From: Eledone cirrhosa
Taxonomy: Eukaryota
Reading direction: 5' to 3'
Assembly: GCA_964016885.1 (NCBI GenBank)
Contig: OZ024743.1
Location: 336,474,001 to 336,538,000, forward strand
Length of the DNA stretch: 64,000 nt
In this document: in pieces, positions 49,085-63,879 of the stretch
How positions within the stretch are numbered: position 1 is the stretch's first letter
Layout of the letters: each line of letters opens with the position of its first letter
Position numbers and translations under genes: made by a program
Notes under the pieces: model-generated
Databases searched by the model: none
The model's input: only the letters and a program-made list of their open reading frames with translations
Told to the model about the DNA's origin: nothing

Positions 49085-49445
49085 TGAATACTACTCTGTT
49101 TGACAATATAAGGAATGAAGAGATCCTCCAGCGTGCTGGTCTACCATCTATGATGGAAATACTTAGTGATAGAAATTTACGATTGTTGGAACACATCCAC
49201 AGGTTGGCGAGCAGCAGATTCCCCCAGAAAACTCCTTTACTCCCAACTATGAACTGCGAAAAGAAGCTAAGGAAGACATAGACTAAGATTCAAGGATACT
49301 ACAAAAAGAGATGCGAAGTGGAATGGAATTGACTATAACAAATGGCAAACTCAAGCGAATAACCGACCAGTGTGGAGAGAGCTTAACAAACCATGCCAAA
49401 GTCATGAACAGTCATAGTCGCATTGACTGACTGCTTGATAATGAT
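49085..49445 (+). mobile_element. RTE-clade LINE 3' fragment
   Basis: IRNEEILQRAGLPSM..RNLRLLEHIHRL..RFP, then LRFKD..KRD..W...A..RPVWR. Confidence 0.75.
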
Positions 49446-50680
49446 GTTGATCAGGGTTGACTAGAGCTAAAGACAATGGTAAACCTCGTTATGTAGTTCA
49501 TTGGTTCCCAACCTTTTCTACCACCATGCTCCACCTCAACATCTCAAAAATTGTTATGCCCCCTTTTAATATGAAAACAGCGATGATCAACTGCAAAGTG
49601 TAAATAAATAGTCGTATATGTGGTGCCAGATGTACAATAACATGTGTGAAGGAGGAGGTAAAACAGGAGTTTCTAACAGTATTATGCATCCCCTTGTTAG
49701 TAACAGTAGAGAAACCTACTTCATATGATATCATTGTGAGAGTCGTTAAAATAAGTGCCAGTCAGTTATGATTGGTCTAATTAATCAAGCAGTACCCATC
49801 GGTGGTGAGAAACTCTCAGGAGATCTGGACAACGGCAGGTCTTCTGAGAAGAAAAGCCCCCTCATGCGAGTGTTTTAGCTCACAATATTATCAGAATACG
49901 TACGAGGATTTCAGTGGAACATGATATACTAGGTTTACCCAACTTGTATACTTGAGGGGCCTAAGTAACGTGTTTTATTTTTTTTATTTTGTTTGCTTGT
50001 GTAAATTATTGTTAAAGGAGTTACTATATTGTTAAAGATTAAGTAAATTTATTCCACATACCTACCACCACCATAAATGAAATTTAAGGGTCAGTCGGCC
50101 TCTGTTAAGTTGATATAGTATCCGACTAAAACTGGTACGAATCACATTATAAGCACGGCATTGTGCATAAACTGAAGTCATTTAATTCTCAAATGTTCCA
50201 ACTAACGTTGTTGTTAATGAATTGACATTACGAGGTTTATCAAACGTTTAGATCAACAATGAAAATCGATGGATATAGGTTAATGGAAGTAAAACAAAAG
50301 CTATGTGGTTAATACATCACGCAACCTTAGCTTCGTTTTACTTTCTGTTCCTTTCAAATACTTTCTCTCTATTGGATTTATTTCGGCCACAATCAAAAGA
50401 GTCAGTTTGTCTGTCATAATTTCTATCTCGATCGTTTTATCGTTTGGATTTTAGCTATACCGACAATGTATTCCGGTTTTTAAATACATTCAAATAAATA
50501 TCCCTAAACTTTTAATGTATTAGATAAAATACTGCTTATATTTAAGGTTCTTTACTTATCAAGCTTTCATCTTCAAAGACATATTTTCGCTGCCAGAAAG
50601 TAATTACGCATGGAATCTAAAACCAGGAAGAATCAAGATTCTAATGGTGAGTTCATATCAGCCTAATACGTATATTTTAC

Positions 50681-50831
<151 letters not shown>

Positions 50832-50837
50832 AATAGA

Positions 50838-52084
50838 GAGAGAATTAGTACATCTACCAAGATATGTGTACAGATGTACACTCATGCTAGCAAATATAAG
50901 TTATGTCTTAGTACCTATGTGGTTCTATGCAGGGGGATGCAGAACAATTATATGAAAGACGTAAAATAAGAAAATTTAAAAAATTAAAAATCAACTTACT
51001 AAAATTTTCAGTCCAACTAATTAGTTTCTGTAATGGGATAAATATAGTTACATAATATAACTATAGAGAATTCATTACGTCATCGGGGAGTCTATTCTCA
51101 GCTAAGTTCCCAGGCAATGCGCGGACACTAGGAACCCATATAAAAATAATAATTCAGTGGATAGAATAAAGCTAGCGAGGACTAAATTCCGGAGCACTGA
51201 AAAAATTTCACTGCCTCTGGTCAGTGGCAGATTCTAAAGAATCAATCACGTGACACCGGGGTTAATCAGTTAGGAGCGGGGTGGTATTATGACAAGTGCC
51301 TACTACTACCATGAAACAGCAGTAAATTTTGGCAAGTTTTGTTCAACAAATAAGTTGGAGATAAATATAGAGAATTAGTACATCTACCAACATATGTGTA
51401 CAGATGTACACTCATGCTAGCAAATATATAAGTTATGTCTTAATACCTATGTGGTTCTATGTAGGGGGATGCAGAACAATTATATGAAAGACGTAAAATA
51501 AGAAAATTTTAAAAATTAAAAATCAACTTACTTACTAAAATTTTCACTCCAACTAATTAGTTTCTGTAATGGGATAAATATAGTTACATAATATAACTAT
51601 AGAGAATTCATTACGTCATTTTTAATTTTTTAATTTTCTTATTTTACGTCTTTGATGTACTAATTCTCTATATTTATCTCCAAATTATTTGTTGAGCAAA
51701 ACTTGCCAAAATTTACTGCTGTTTCATGGTAGTAGTAGGCTCTTGTCATAATACCACCCCGCTCCTAACTGATTAACCTCGGTGTCACGTGATTGATTCT
51801 TTAGAATCTGCCACTGACCAGAGGCAGTGAAATTTTTTCAGTGCTCCGGAATTTAGTCCTCGCTAGCTTTATTCCATCCACTGAATTATTATTTTTATAT
51901 GGGTTCCTAGTGTCCGCGCATTGCCTGGGAACTTAGCTGAGAATAGATTCCCTGATGACGTAATGAATTCTCTATAGTTATATTATGTAACAATATTTAT
52001 CCCATTACAGAAACTAATTAGTTGGAGTGAAAATTTTAGTAAGTAAGTTGATTTTTAATTTTTAAAATTTTCTTATTTTACGTC

Positions 52085-52090
<6 letters not shown>
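50838..52090 (-). mobile_element. ORF-less 530-nt-period HHR unit (about 1.5 copies) plus inverted copy from about 51620
   Basis: Direct repeat 50841/51371; HHR 51010-51091 (minus, CCGATGA) and intact HHR 51947-52028 (plus). Confidence 0.8.
51947..52028 (+). ncRNA. Type I hammerhead ribozyme
   Basis: attcc CTGATGA cgtaatg...cattaca GAAAC taatta GTT ggagt; palindromic stem III. Confidence 0.85.
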
Positions 52091-52129
<39 letters not shown>

Positions 52130-52132
<3 letters not shown>

Positions 52133-52835
52133 ACTAGAAATTGATTAGCATATAAATATACATGAATAATCACAGGAGATAATTTTTACACACGTGTAAC
52201 CACGCATAGCTAGTTTGGGTAATAATTAAATTTATACCTTTAAGTATGATTAACCTTCCTTGTATATATCCCATTAAAGAAATATATTTCACCAATTAAT
52301 CAGATGGTAAGTCACGGAAAGTGGATATTATTGGATTGTCAACAAGGAAGAATAATGTGACAGCTATCCATGCTCACACAACGAGTTCAAATCCTCATCT
52401 GGCCGCTACCACGTGTTGTGTCTACACATCACAGCAGCTTCGTTTCAGTGGCATGAATAGGTATTCGACAACTAGAAATAGCAGTCAAATTCCCTTCAAC
52501 AGAAATAGCTCTACAATTAAGGAGCCATATATATATATCTATATCCAAAATTAAGATAAATTAAATGAATGTAATCCAAATCGAAATTGGTGGGTGTCAT
52601 GCCATAACGGCATGCGCCATATCGCCTGGAAATAAGCTCAAAGATATATCCGAGCATTTTATAATAACTAGAAATTGATTAACATATAAATATACATGAA
52701 AAATCACAGGAGATAATTTTTACACGCGTGTAACGACGCATAGCTAGTTTGGGTAATAATTAAATTTATACCTTTAAGTATGATTAAATTCATTCAATTT
52801 TGGATATAGATAAATTAAATTCATTTAATTTTGGA
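52130..52835 (-). mobile_element. ORF-less 534-nt-period unit (about 1.2 copies + short inversions); degenerate HHR at 52255-52350
   Basis: Direct repeat 52131/52665; cttccttg TTGACAA tccaat..attggt GAAA tatatt..gatATA caaggaag. Confidence 0.7.
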
Positions 52836-52852
52836 TATATATATATATATAA

Positions 52853-55010
52853 AGAATGAATAATAACAGGTAGACATCATAAAAAGGTAATTTATTCCGT
52901 GTGCTTACAAGTGTTTCCACGGTGGTACTACAGCCTAGTTATGCTATGTGCAAATTTACAAGTACTTGCAGAACTCAAATATCCAATGCTGTGACCACTG
53001 TTTCCTCAGAGCAGAATGGTAAAATGTACAATGTAAATACCCTTAAGTGGGGTTGTTGGGGAAGATAGAGTAGAAAAGGAAGAGAGAAAAGTAGGGAAGA
53101 GGGAGAGAGAAAGAAAGATATGCAGGGGTTGGAGAAATAGGAGAGAGTGGCTTGTAGATATCTTAATCAAAATGTTATGGTAGGGGTTTTATTATACTGG
53201 TTACTTTTGGAGAGATGCGTTGATAGTTAAGGTCGGAATTATTTATTGCCCCAGAGGGCAGGTTCATAGATGTTGGGAGGGAGGTAGGCCAAAGGCGAGA
53301 GAGAGAGAGTGTAATGGATGTAGAGAGAGAGAGGTAGAGAGGGGACAGACGAAGTTTGTGTGGTGAGTGAACTTTGGGTTTGTAATAGTAATCTAGGAAT
53401 TGCACTGAGTTACCATGTATAGTGATAAGCAGTGTATTGTCTTGTAGTGTGGGGGGAAGAGAAGGTTGTTAGCTAGAAAGCGGTGTTATAGTTACGGGTT
53501 CGAATGTTAAGTTATTTTATAGTGAGAGTATTTAGCTTTTAGTTTGTGGTTGCAGTATAATGATCGTTCAATTCTATCGTTAAGTAGTTTGTTTTGGGAT
53601 TTTAATATGTAAAAGAGCTCAAGGTTACATAACCTGCAGTACTTCAATCCACTCCGATATGCACTTGCGCTGGAAAGTATATCCCATTTTAAGGTGAACT
53701 GTTGGTTGTGTTCACGGAGTTGCCAGGTCTTGTTGGCGAGCGTGGTCACAAAACGGTGATTCGGATGTTTGATTGAGAATCGATGACGGTACCAGCGAGA
53801 TTTAAACGATGTGGTGGTAGATCCGATATAATACCATTTCTGGTCGTTCGATTCAACCGTGCATTGGTAAACAATGTTGGACTTTAGGCATTCATTCTTC
53901 AATGGACATCTTTCAGGTAGATGGCAGTTACATTCTTTGTTGTGGGTAGCGGGTATACCATGGATAGGTTGTGATAGCGGTACAGGTGGGTTGTGTAATA
54001 CCCGTCTCCCATTTAGTGGTTGGCAGGCCGATATTGCGTTCTGCCCATCTGTTACTAAAATGTTTTGTTTTGTAGAGTTGTTTAATTGCCTTAAGTTAAG
54101 TTTTTTTATGTATGCTTCAAGGTTTGGTGCCGTGGAGTATGATAGTCTAATAGTTTTAGAGTTCAGAATGTTGCTGTATTTATGGGAACTAGGGAAGTGT
54201 TTGTTGATTAACTTAAAGAATGAAAGAGATAGTTTTGTACTAATCGAGGCATTAAAAATAGGATTGTACCAGATATACTTTCTACAACGTGATTTATTTG
54301 GTGGTGATCTTCTATTATTAGTATGTCTGGTAGTACTGTGTGTGTGTGCTTGTATTTTAGTCCCCCGGTTACGCATTCCTTGATTTCGTGTAGAGCTATG
54401 TGTGTTATGGAAATTCATATCAATGTATTCTATTGTATCCCGGTGGTCAGCATTCCTTAATGCATTATTGTAGTATTCAGCGTGTTCACTAAAAATATCA
54501 GAGTTAGACGATAGGCGAGAGATTCTAAGAGAAATACTCCGAGGAACTGATTTGATCATGGAGAGTGGATGGTTAGAGTTAAAGTTAATATACGTAAGGT
54601 TCTCATTTACCTTGTGGAAGGGTCGTATCTGTCCGGTATTTAAATTAAGAGTTACGTCCAGAAAGTTTACTACTTTAAGATTGTATTCGTATGTTATTTT
54701 TAGACCCAGTTCACTAAAAGATTTTCTAATATTTTTCCGTAGCCTTTCAAGATTTTGGTTATTCAAGTTATTAACTAATAAGAGCCCGTCATCTCTGTAT
54801 ATCCTCCCCCCTGTAGATTACTAAATTTACTATGTAATATGTGGGCTATGTAAATTCCCACGAGATCTGTGACCTCCGCCGAGTCGTTGGAACCCATGGT
54901 AATATCGAAATTTGTGGGTCTGTCCTTACGTTCCCAGTAGCAGTTATCGAACTTAATAATGGTTTTTCTAGCCTCGAGAATAATATTAATATCCAGTGTA
55001 GTAATTAACC
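52853..55010 (-). mobile_element. 5'-truncated YRDD-type PLE (resembles the Hydra clade); HHR at 52902-53013
   Basis: FDITMGSNDSAEVTDLVG, IYRDDGLL; tgct CTGAGGA..GAAAC actt GTA agca. Confidence 0.92.
53507..54800 (-). pseudogene. PLE RT C-terminal half + GIY-YIG endonuclease (over 400 uninterrupted codons, 5' truncated)
   Basis: VNFLDVTLNL, IWYNPIF, CNCHLPERCPL, IVYQCTV..YIGSTTTSFKSRWYRH, CRLCNLE, CNHK. Confidence 0.9.
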
Positions 55011-55100
55011 ATTACTACATCTTGGATAATCCTATACCTAATATATATATATATCCAAAATTAAATGAATTATATGTAAATATATATATATTAAATGAAT

Positions 55101-55173
<73 letters not shown>

Positions 55174-55213
55174 ATATATGTGTATATATATATATACACA
55201 CACATATATATAC

Positions 55214-55277
<64 letters not shown>

Positions 55278-55429
55278 GTATATATATGTATATATATATA
55301 TATGTGTGTGTGCATATATATGTATATGTATATATATATGCACACACACATTTATTTATATACATACATATATAATATATATATATATATATACATATAT
55401 ATATAAATATATAAATATATATATATTTA

Positions 55430-56090
55430 ATACATTAACAGAGAAAGCTTTAAGCAATACTCCGACCGACTTCCGTCTCACTCAACAAACATTAGGATAT
55501 ACCTTAGTATAATACCAATTATATGTTTGGGGTGCTAACTATACGTATTTTGCGGAAAGCCAGTTCTATTATTTTATATGAGACATAATTAAATACATCC
55601 CTCTTTCCAAACGATCGTTTCATTATAAGTTTTCTACAAGTTAGGAAAATAATGTCCAGGTTATGTAGAAGCCTACACATAGTCTATAGGAATATATGCA
55701 GGTGGGCACTTATAAATCATCAGTGGATGCCCAACAATATCGATATAAAAAAAACCTACCGATATTAACATTCAACAATGGTACCCGTCAGTGTTAGAGT
55801 GACCACCAAATTTGAAATTGCAGCAGTCTCACAAAGAGAAATCTCACACCGTCACCAAGCGGGAAGGGGAGGTCATCGCAAAACATAAAAGGATAAAATA
55901 ATATGCACGCAGGTCAATTAATTCTGTCAAGAATGTTAACCATGCGTGAAGAACTCAATTAGATATAAAAAAAAAAAATATATTCATGTATTATTTATAC
56001 ATGCATATAGGTATTTTCTCAGGCTAAAAACAGAGACAAGATACCGGAAAAACAATCAATATTTCATATAAAGAATAAATAAAGAAAGTC

Positions 56091-56092
<2 letters not shown>
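55430..56092 (-). mobile_element. Second full copy of the ORF-less 15035 family; HHR at 55606-55727
   Basis: tcca CTGATGA tttataag...cttataat GAAAC gatc GTT tgga; same two ends as 15035-15752. Confidence 0.75.
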
Positions 56093-56121
<29 letters not shown>

Positions 56122-56143
56122 TATATTTACACCTATATATATA

Positions 56144-57150
<1,007 letters not shown>

Positions 57151-57160
57151 ATATATATAT

Positions 57161-60155
57161 AGTTTTGCGAGGTTTTTTATATGAAATCGTGTGACGACAA
57201 AGCGGTTCACTACTATACGAACATGCCAGACAACAACAGGACAGTAACATAGACAACATAGAAATTAGAATAATATCTAAAGATAGAAATGACCCAGCAG
57301 ATAGGCAAATCAGAGAGGCCAGTGAAATAGAACTTAGAAGGCCAAGGTTAAACAGAAAGAATGAATGGAATAACAACAACACCCAAACAAACAACACTGA
57401 CCTAAGAGAAGTATAAATAAATAGATAAGTGAATAAATAAATACATACACAAGCACAATAACAACAAACACATATAAACACACACTAGTAAAGATAGAAT
57501 GCATTAACCAATACACAGTCACCCAATCACGAACACACATCAAACAAAACACTATACACACACGCAAACGCATGCGCAAAGAAGACAAAATAACATAAAC
57601 AAATAAATAAATATATAAACAGACTAAATAAAGAAGGCGTAGAAAATACAATGCAACGGGAGGAAACAATAGCACCACTGACGAGGTTGCAGATGTGCAA
57701 CGAAAGAACTTTGATAAACTATATATATGTGTCTATATTGTATCTGTATTATTTTTGACAGTTGATCAGTCAATGGCAATATTGAGGACCGAATAAATTA
57801 GATTACCGATATAAAAGACACAGAAGCAAAAATCGAAAACCAACCAAACAGTGAGTGTGTTCTGTTATTATTTCTGGCAATATTACACAAATATGACCCT
57901 CCCCAAGTATAACAATATTTGTTTCGACACACGATTTCATATCAAAAACCTCGCAAAACTAATTCATCGTCGTTATGGCATTAGCTTGTGCCAAGCTGAA
58001 AGGTTATTGAAAGACACTGTTTTCTGTTATATAAAAACTACAATAACAACAGAACAAATCCGCTTCTTAAAACACTGTTTCCTCCAAAATATACACAACA
58101 AACATATCAAAACAATAGATAATTTATTATTGAACAAAACACAAGCTGAACGACTAAAACACACAATAACAGTTAATATGAAAAGAACAACATACACAAA
58201 AGTCAACGAACTCTACAGACAGAAACGCATTAACGGTAAGGAAGTCCAAAATCTCACCACACTAAACGAAAGGGATGACTTCATGAGCGTCATCCGACGT
58301 GAAACGAAATACGCCTGAAACGAATGCAATAGGCATTTCAATAAGAAATTAGAATGGTTGAATAAGAAAAAAACTAGAAGAAAGGAAAATAGAATATTCT
58401 CAAAAATACCCAGATAACATCAACAATATACGTATGACTGATGCAAAACTACTGGAAGAATTTACCAATGACCACACAGTAAATATTTATGGGAACACTT
58501 TAATCAGTGAACAAGAACAACAAATCCTGCAGCTACCACCAAAATTTGCCATCTACAAAAAGATTAACCCTATTGAGTGCAAAACGGAGCTGGAAAAGTG
58601 TTTCACAAAAATACGCTGGAATGCAAAAGTAAACAACAACAGCAACAACAACAACAATAATAACGGTAGTAGTAATATAAACAATAACTCTGAGTATAGA
58701 AATAACAGCTATAATAGTAATAGTCATAACAATAACAATAGCAGGAGAGTGAGAAATAGCAATAATGGTAATATTATTAACGATAGACAGAACGACAACA
58801 ACAACCACAATAATAATAATAATAGAAACATTAACTACAGACACAGCAGCAGCGACCACAGTAGTAATAACGGTAACAATACGAATAACAACAACAACAA
58901 CCACAGTGGTAATAATAGAAATAATACATGTAGCAACATTAATGATAGACACAACAAAAACAAGAAACATATTAAAACTAACAACCACAATGGTAGAAAT
59001 AACAGTAACAACAACAATAACGGTGAAGAAAACAACTATCACAGCAACAATACATCTAGCAATCATAACAACAATACATCTAATAATCACAGCAACAATA
59101 CATCTAGCAATCATAACAATAATAATAATGCTAATGATAGGAACAACAACAACCACCATAATAACAATAATAGCAACACACACAACTATGACGATAGATA
59201 TAATGACAACCCCTTAGAGAAACTATTCTTCAACCCAGCTGCAAAACATATAAGATGGGTAATATCTATCCTACGAGGTTACCCTTTAATAAAAGAGTTT
59301 GCATACCACAACAAATAGATGACGAGACAGAGGCACAGTTCACCATATCTAGAAATAAGATTAGACAAATAGTAGACCGGTATACTAAGAGACAGAGCAG
59401 ACCAGAGGCTCAACAACTTGGGAGGAAACCTGTAGAAGGCTTGGTTAGCCTCAAGCAGCGCACAAGAGATGGTGAGGTAGTATGTCTACCCACGGATAAG
59501 TCTGGTAGGATGTCAATAGATAGCATGCCGAACTACATCAAGGCTATGTAACCCCACATCACCAACACGAGCGAAATTTCACAGCAAATACATGATGGGA
59601 GAGAGAAAATCCTCAACGCTCACATGATAATGTAGACCGACATCCTAAAGCAAAGCAGACGCACTGCCAACAACTTCCAGGCGTCTAACAATGGCATACA
59701 ACGCTTTTATGGGCTCCGCAAAGACCACAAGACAGTCAACGACCTGACAACAGGACCACCAACAAGACCCGTATGCGGAGCAAATATAGCTAGCAACTAC
59801 AGGATCTCCTACTTCCTCTCAAAGGTTATCCGCCCCATAATCAAGATGTCCCCAGATGTATGACAGTACAGAGGACCTCCTCAGCAGAATCAGTGAGTGC
59901 AACAAAAACAGGAACCTATCCAACTGCATAATAGGCAGCATGGATGTGGTATCACTGTACCCATCCATTAACATTGATTTTGCTGTGGAAAAATGTGTGG
60001 AGATGATCATTGAGAGTGAGGTGGAGTTCTGCGACGTCGACACAGACGAACTGGGCCTCCTACTTCGACTTACCTACGACACTGACTACCTAGACAGCCA
60101 TGACCTTAGACGTTTCTGCCCCAGTAGACCCATAAGAGGTAGACCCCCCACCTCA
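57161..60155 (+). mobile_element. PLE family B2: short inversion, upstream pLTR (HHR 57676-57713) and 5' half of ORF
   Basis: 57195-57960 homologous to 21855-22572; partial-tandem pLTR arrangement. Confidence 0.9.
57893..60155 (+). pseudogene. PLE ORF N-terminal half with Asn-rich insertion, broken after RT motif A
   Basis: MTLPKYNN start, LQLPPKFA, PTDKSG, GLRKDHK, PTRPVCGA, GSMDVVSLYPSI; several stops and frameshifts. Confidence 0.85.
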
Positions 60156-60544
60156 ATGAAACAATTAGACTGCAAATAAATCCCCTTTTCTGTACTGTTG
60201 ACCATGTTATTCTCCACTTTTTCAATTTTACATATATATATATATATATATATATTTCTGAATAGGGTCGCAAAATATAGATACGTGGTAACGAGAGAAA
60301 ATTTGGCTTTTATTTCTAGCGTGTCATCGGTTACTAGTTATAAAAAAGAGGGTCGAATGGATCCCCACCGTTTTCGGTGAGATTCAGCGTGATACATTAT
60401 GTGTCACAGTTCAACCAGCGGGCTTCCAAACCGTTTCCGCCAATAAATTTCACGTACGCGGCTCGGTCGACCCGAGGCTATGCTAAATAACACTTACGCA
60501 AGATGCATCGTAGTGAAATCAAACACGGATTATTATGATTGTAA

Positions 60545-60735
60545 AGGGCGGTGGATTGGCAGTATCGGTAGAGGGTCAGACGCCATGCTTTCTAGCATAG
60601 TTACGTCTCTTTATGATCTGAGTTCAAATCTCGCCGAAGTTAACTTTGCCTTTCATCCTTACGGGATCGATAAAATAAAGTACCAGTAATGCACTGGAAT
60701 AATTGCTGGCCTTGTGCCAAAAGTAGAAACAATTA
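60545..60735 (+). mobile_element. tRNA-derived SINE (OR-like)
   Basis: gggcggtggattggcag...gagttcaaatc...gatcgataaaataaagtaccagt. Confidence 0.85.
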
Positions 60736-61006
60736 TTATGATTGTAAAGCAACTTCCTTCAATGGATGCAAGCTCCTTAGTAAGGGGTAAGCTAACTATG
60801 TACATATCTTTATTTCATGTCATTTAGTGAAAGACAGCGTCATTAGTGACCAATCACTACTAGTTAACTACATCTTAACATTCACCAACAGGTCATTAGT
60901 GACGTTACTAGTGACCAATCATGAGTTAAATACATTGATCTTAACATTCATCAACAAGTGTATTAATACCGTATTTGCATCGTCATTACTATTTTTATTA
61001 TTACCA

Positions 61007-61845
61007 GTGGTGGATTAGCAAAATGCTTTGCGACATGTAGTTACAACAATCTACGTTCTGAGTTCAAATCCTGCCGAGGTTAACTTTGCCTTTCATCTTT
61101 AAGAGGTCGGTAAAATAAAGTAGCAGTCACGCACTGGGTCGATTTAATCGACTTCCCCCTCCCCCAAAATTGCTGGCCTTGTGCCTATACTAGAAATCAT
61201 TATTATTATCATTGGTGGATTAGCAGTAACGGCAGAGCGTCAGACAACATACTTTGCGGCATAGAGTTACGGCAATCTACACTCTGAGTTCAAATTCCGC
61301 TGAGGACAACTTTGCCATTCATCCTTCCGGGGTCGATAAATTAAAGTAACAGTAACACACTGGTGTTGATATAATCAAATTTCACTTTCCCCCTAATTGC
61401 TAGCCTTGTGTAATATTAGAAAGAATTGTTATTATTATACATATACTCAGGTCGTATTAGTAGAGCGTCGGACACTGTGCTTCAAAGCCCTTTGCTTTCT
61501 GAGTTCAAATCCTTTCATCCTTACGGGGTCGGTAAAATAAGTACCAGTAACACACTGGACTCGATTTAATCGACATTCCCCCTCCCCTTCAGATTGCTGG
61601 CCTTGTGTCTAAAAAAAAGAAACAATTGGTGCATTGGCAGTATGGTAGATCTTCGGACACTCTGCTTCGCGGCATAGATTTACGGCTCTTTATATTCTGA
61701 TTTCAAATCCGGCTGAGGCTAGCTTTGCCTTTCACCCTTACGGGATCGATGAAATAAAGCCTCAGTAATTCACTGGGATCGGTTTAATCAACATTCCCCT
61801 CCCTCAAAAGTGCTGGTTTTTGTGCCTAAGTCAGACACCATTACT
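61007..61845 (+). mobile_element. Array of four head-to-tail OR-like SINEs
   Basis: Four B-box/core units separated by (ATT)n tails. Confidence 0.85.
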
Positions 61846-62974
61846 ATACATATAATTTAAAAGATATATTCATAAATTAAATCTGAAATAGTTTAATTGC
61901 ACACATCTTTCTTTCTTTTTTCTAGAAAACTCTTTTATTCTAGATTCCTCTATTAAATGTACATATTTGATAATACAATGTACTCAAATTCTTCCTCAAA
62001 TATCTTTTTTATCGATTGTAAATAAGGGATAACATAATAATTAAGTATTTCCTATGGATAATAAAAATAACTGCGTTACATTCATTGAATAGTTTACGGT
62101 TATAGCGATTTGTTATTTAAAATTTTAAATGTAACCACTTATGTCATATTTTAAAGTAAAATTTCTCTTCGAAATAAATGCCGATCTCTAACTAAACAAA
62201 TGAAATTTAAATATCAAAGGTAGCCTAAAATGTGTTTGTAATGGGTGATATTTATGTATTGTACATTATATTATAGAATATCCAAACATCAATTAAATGT
62301 TTAATTATCTAAGAGTGTTTGGGCCTCAAACAATACAGGTGTTGTATGATTCTATTTGAAGGGCTAAAGAGGAGGGGTAATAATTCCCTTGTGTAGCAAC
62401 CACTGAGGTATTCAATGTACAAGAATATAATACGTTTGGAATCGATGTGTGAGTGTATTGATGTGTGTGTGTGTGTGTAATATACTAATATATATATGCG
62501 CATATGTATATATGTACGTAGGTATGTATGTGTCCGTGTATGCATGTGTATATGTATGTAGGAATTCATTCATACATATACACATGCATATCTATCTATA
62601 TATTACTAAAAGTATGGGATTACTTGCTTGTCTGTAATGTAATAGGGCGCATAATGGGAAAAAGAATTTGTCCCTGAAATGGGAATACAAATGAAATAAA
62701 ACAAGTTTCGCGTAAATCGAAGCACGGGTTCCCAAGATATGGCGTTTTCTGGGGACCTTCATAAACAGAAAGAGAGAAGGGTAGAGAGAAATAGATAGTG
62801 GTTGTGAGAGAGTAGATAGAAAGAGAGACATAGAGAGAGGGATAGGAGACAGAGAAGGAGAATGGAAGAGAGAGAGAGAGCTGGTGTTGTTGTTGTGTGT
62901 ATATATATATATATGTGTGTGTGAGTGTATGTGTGTATATATATGTGTGTGTGTATCTGTGTGTGTACATATTT

Positions 62975-63180
62975 GCCAGGCCTGCCAGACAGCCAGTAAA
63001 TTTGGATGAAGGGAAAACTTGATTAAATCAACTCCAGTACTTGATTGGTTCTTTATTTTATCGAACCAGAAAGATGAAAGGCAAAGTTGACCTCGGCAGA
63101 ATTTGAACTCAGAATATAAAGCTCCAGAACAAATACCGCAATGGCATTTTATTTGGCGCTCTACTAATTCTTCCAATTTA
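62975..63180 (-). mobile_element. OR-like SINE
   Basis: gatgaaaggcaaagttgacctcggcagaatttgaactcag. Confidence 0.8.
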
Positions 63181-63879
63181 TTAACTCTAACAGATGGATA
63201 ATATAGATGTGACGACACCGTACACTTATCAGTGTGGTCACTTCCCCTGTTATTAAAGCCTCATACGTACACGAAAATGTAGCAAGTTAGCCTATTTCAT
63301 GATGGCTCAGATCGACTATTGATTACATCGATCCCAGTACTGGGATCGTATCATAATTTATTTCACTTGATGAAAGGTACGGGTGGTTTCGGGGAGATAT
63401 GAACACAATAAGTAGAGAGCCGGAACAAAGACTGGTTACTAATTTATTAAATTGTGTATATTTCTATGTATTCTCATGTGTTGGTTGAAAATCTATCTAT
63501 AGATAGTCGCTAGTACAATATAATTTTGTAAATATTATTCACATTTTGTTTCAACTATTGGCATTATGCTTATTAAACATTTGCTCTGTAAACTTTGCCA
63601 ATATGTATTCAAGTATTCTTATCACCAAATATGGTTATTTTCTGTTAAAGGAGAAATGCAGATATGTGAAACGAGTTATCGTCGACGTTTCGTATGTCTG
63701 GGGAATTAACTTAGTTAATAATATTTTTTTTTTAAGTATGTTTAAAATATATTTTCAAGAACATTTTATTGGATTTACTTGTAATTTAAATAGAATTAGG
63801 CTCCGAAGAAGACTGGGAAAAGAAAAAAGAAAAAATTTTATATTCGGGTATATAAAATGGACCTCCATTGGTTTCGGCG

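Noticed and set aside
52472-52482. CTAGAAATAGC match to the SpCas9 sgRNA scaffold
   Set aside because: 11-nt coincidence; it is the reverse complement of the shared repeat motif and the rest of the scaffold is absent
54959-55512. YI/VC/HT-repeat ORFs here and throughout the track
   Set aside because: Translations of (TA)n, (TG)n and (CA)n microsatellites
58533-59217. Hydrophobic and Thr-rich ORFs overlapping the Asn tract
   Set aside because: Alternative frames of the same trinucleotide repeat
60545-60640. tRNA gene-like A/B boxes
   Set aside because: SINE heads; no cloverleaf
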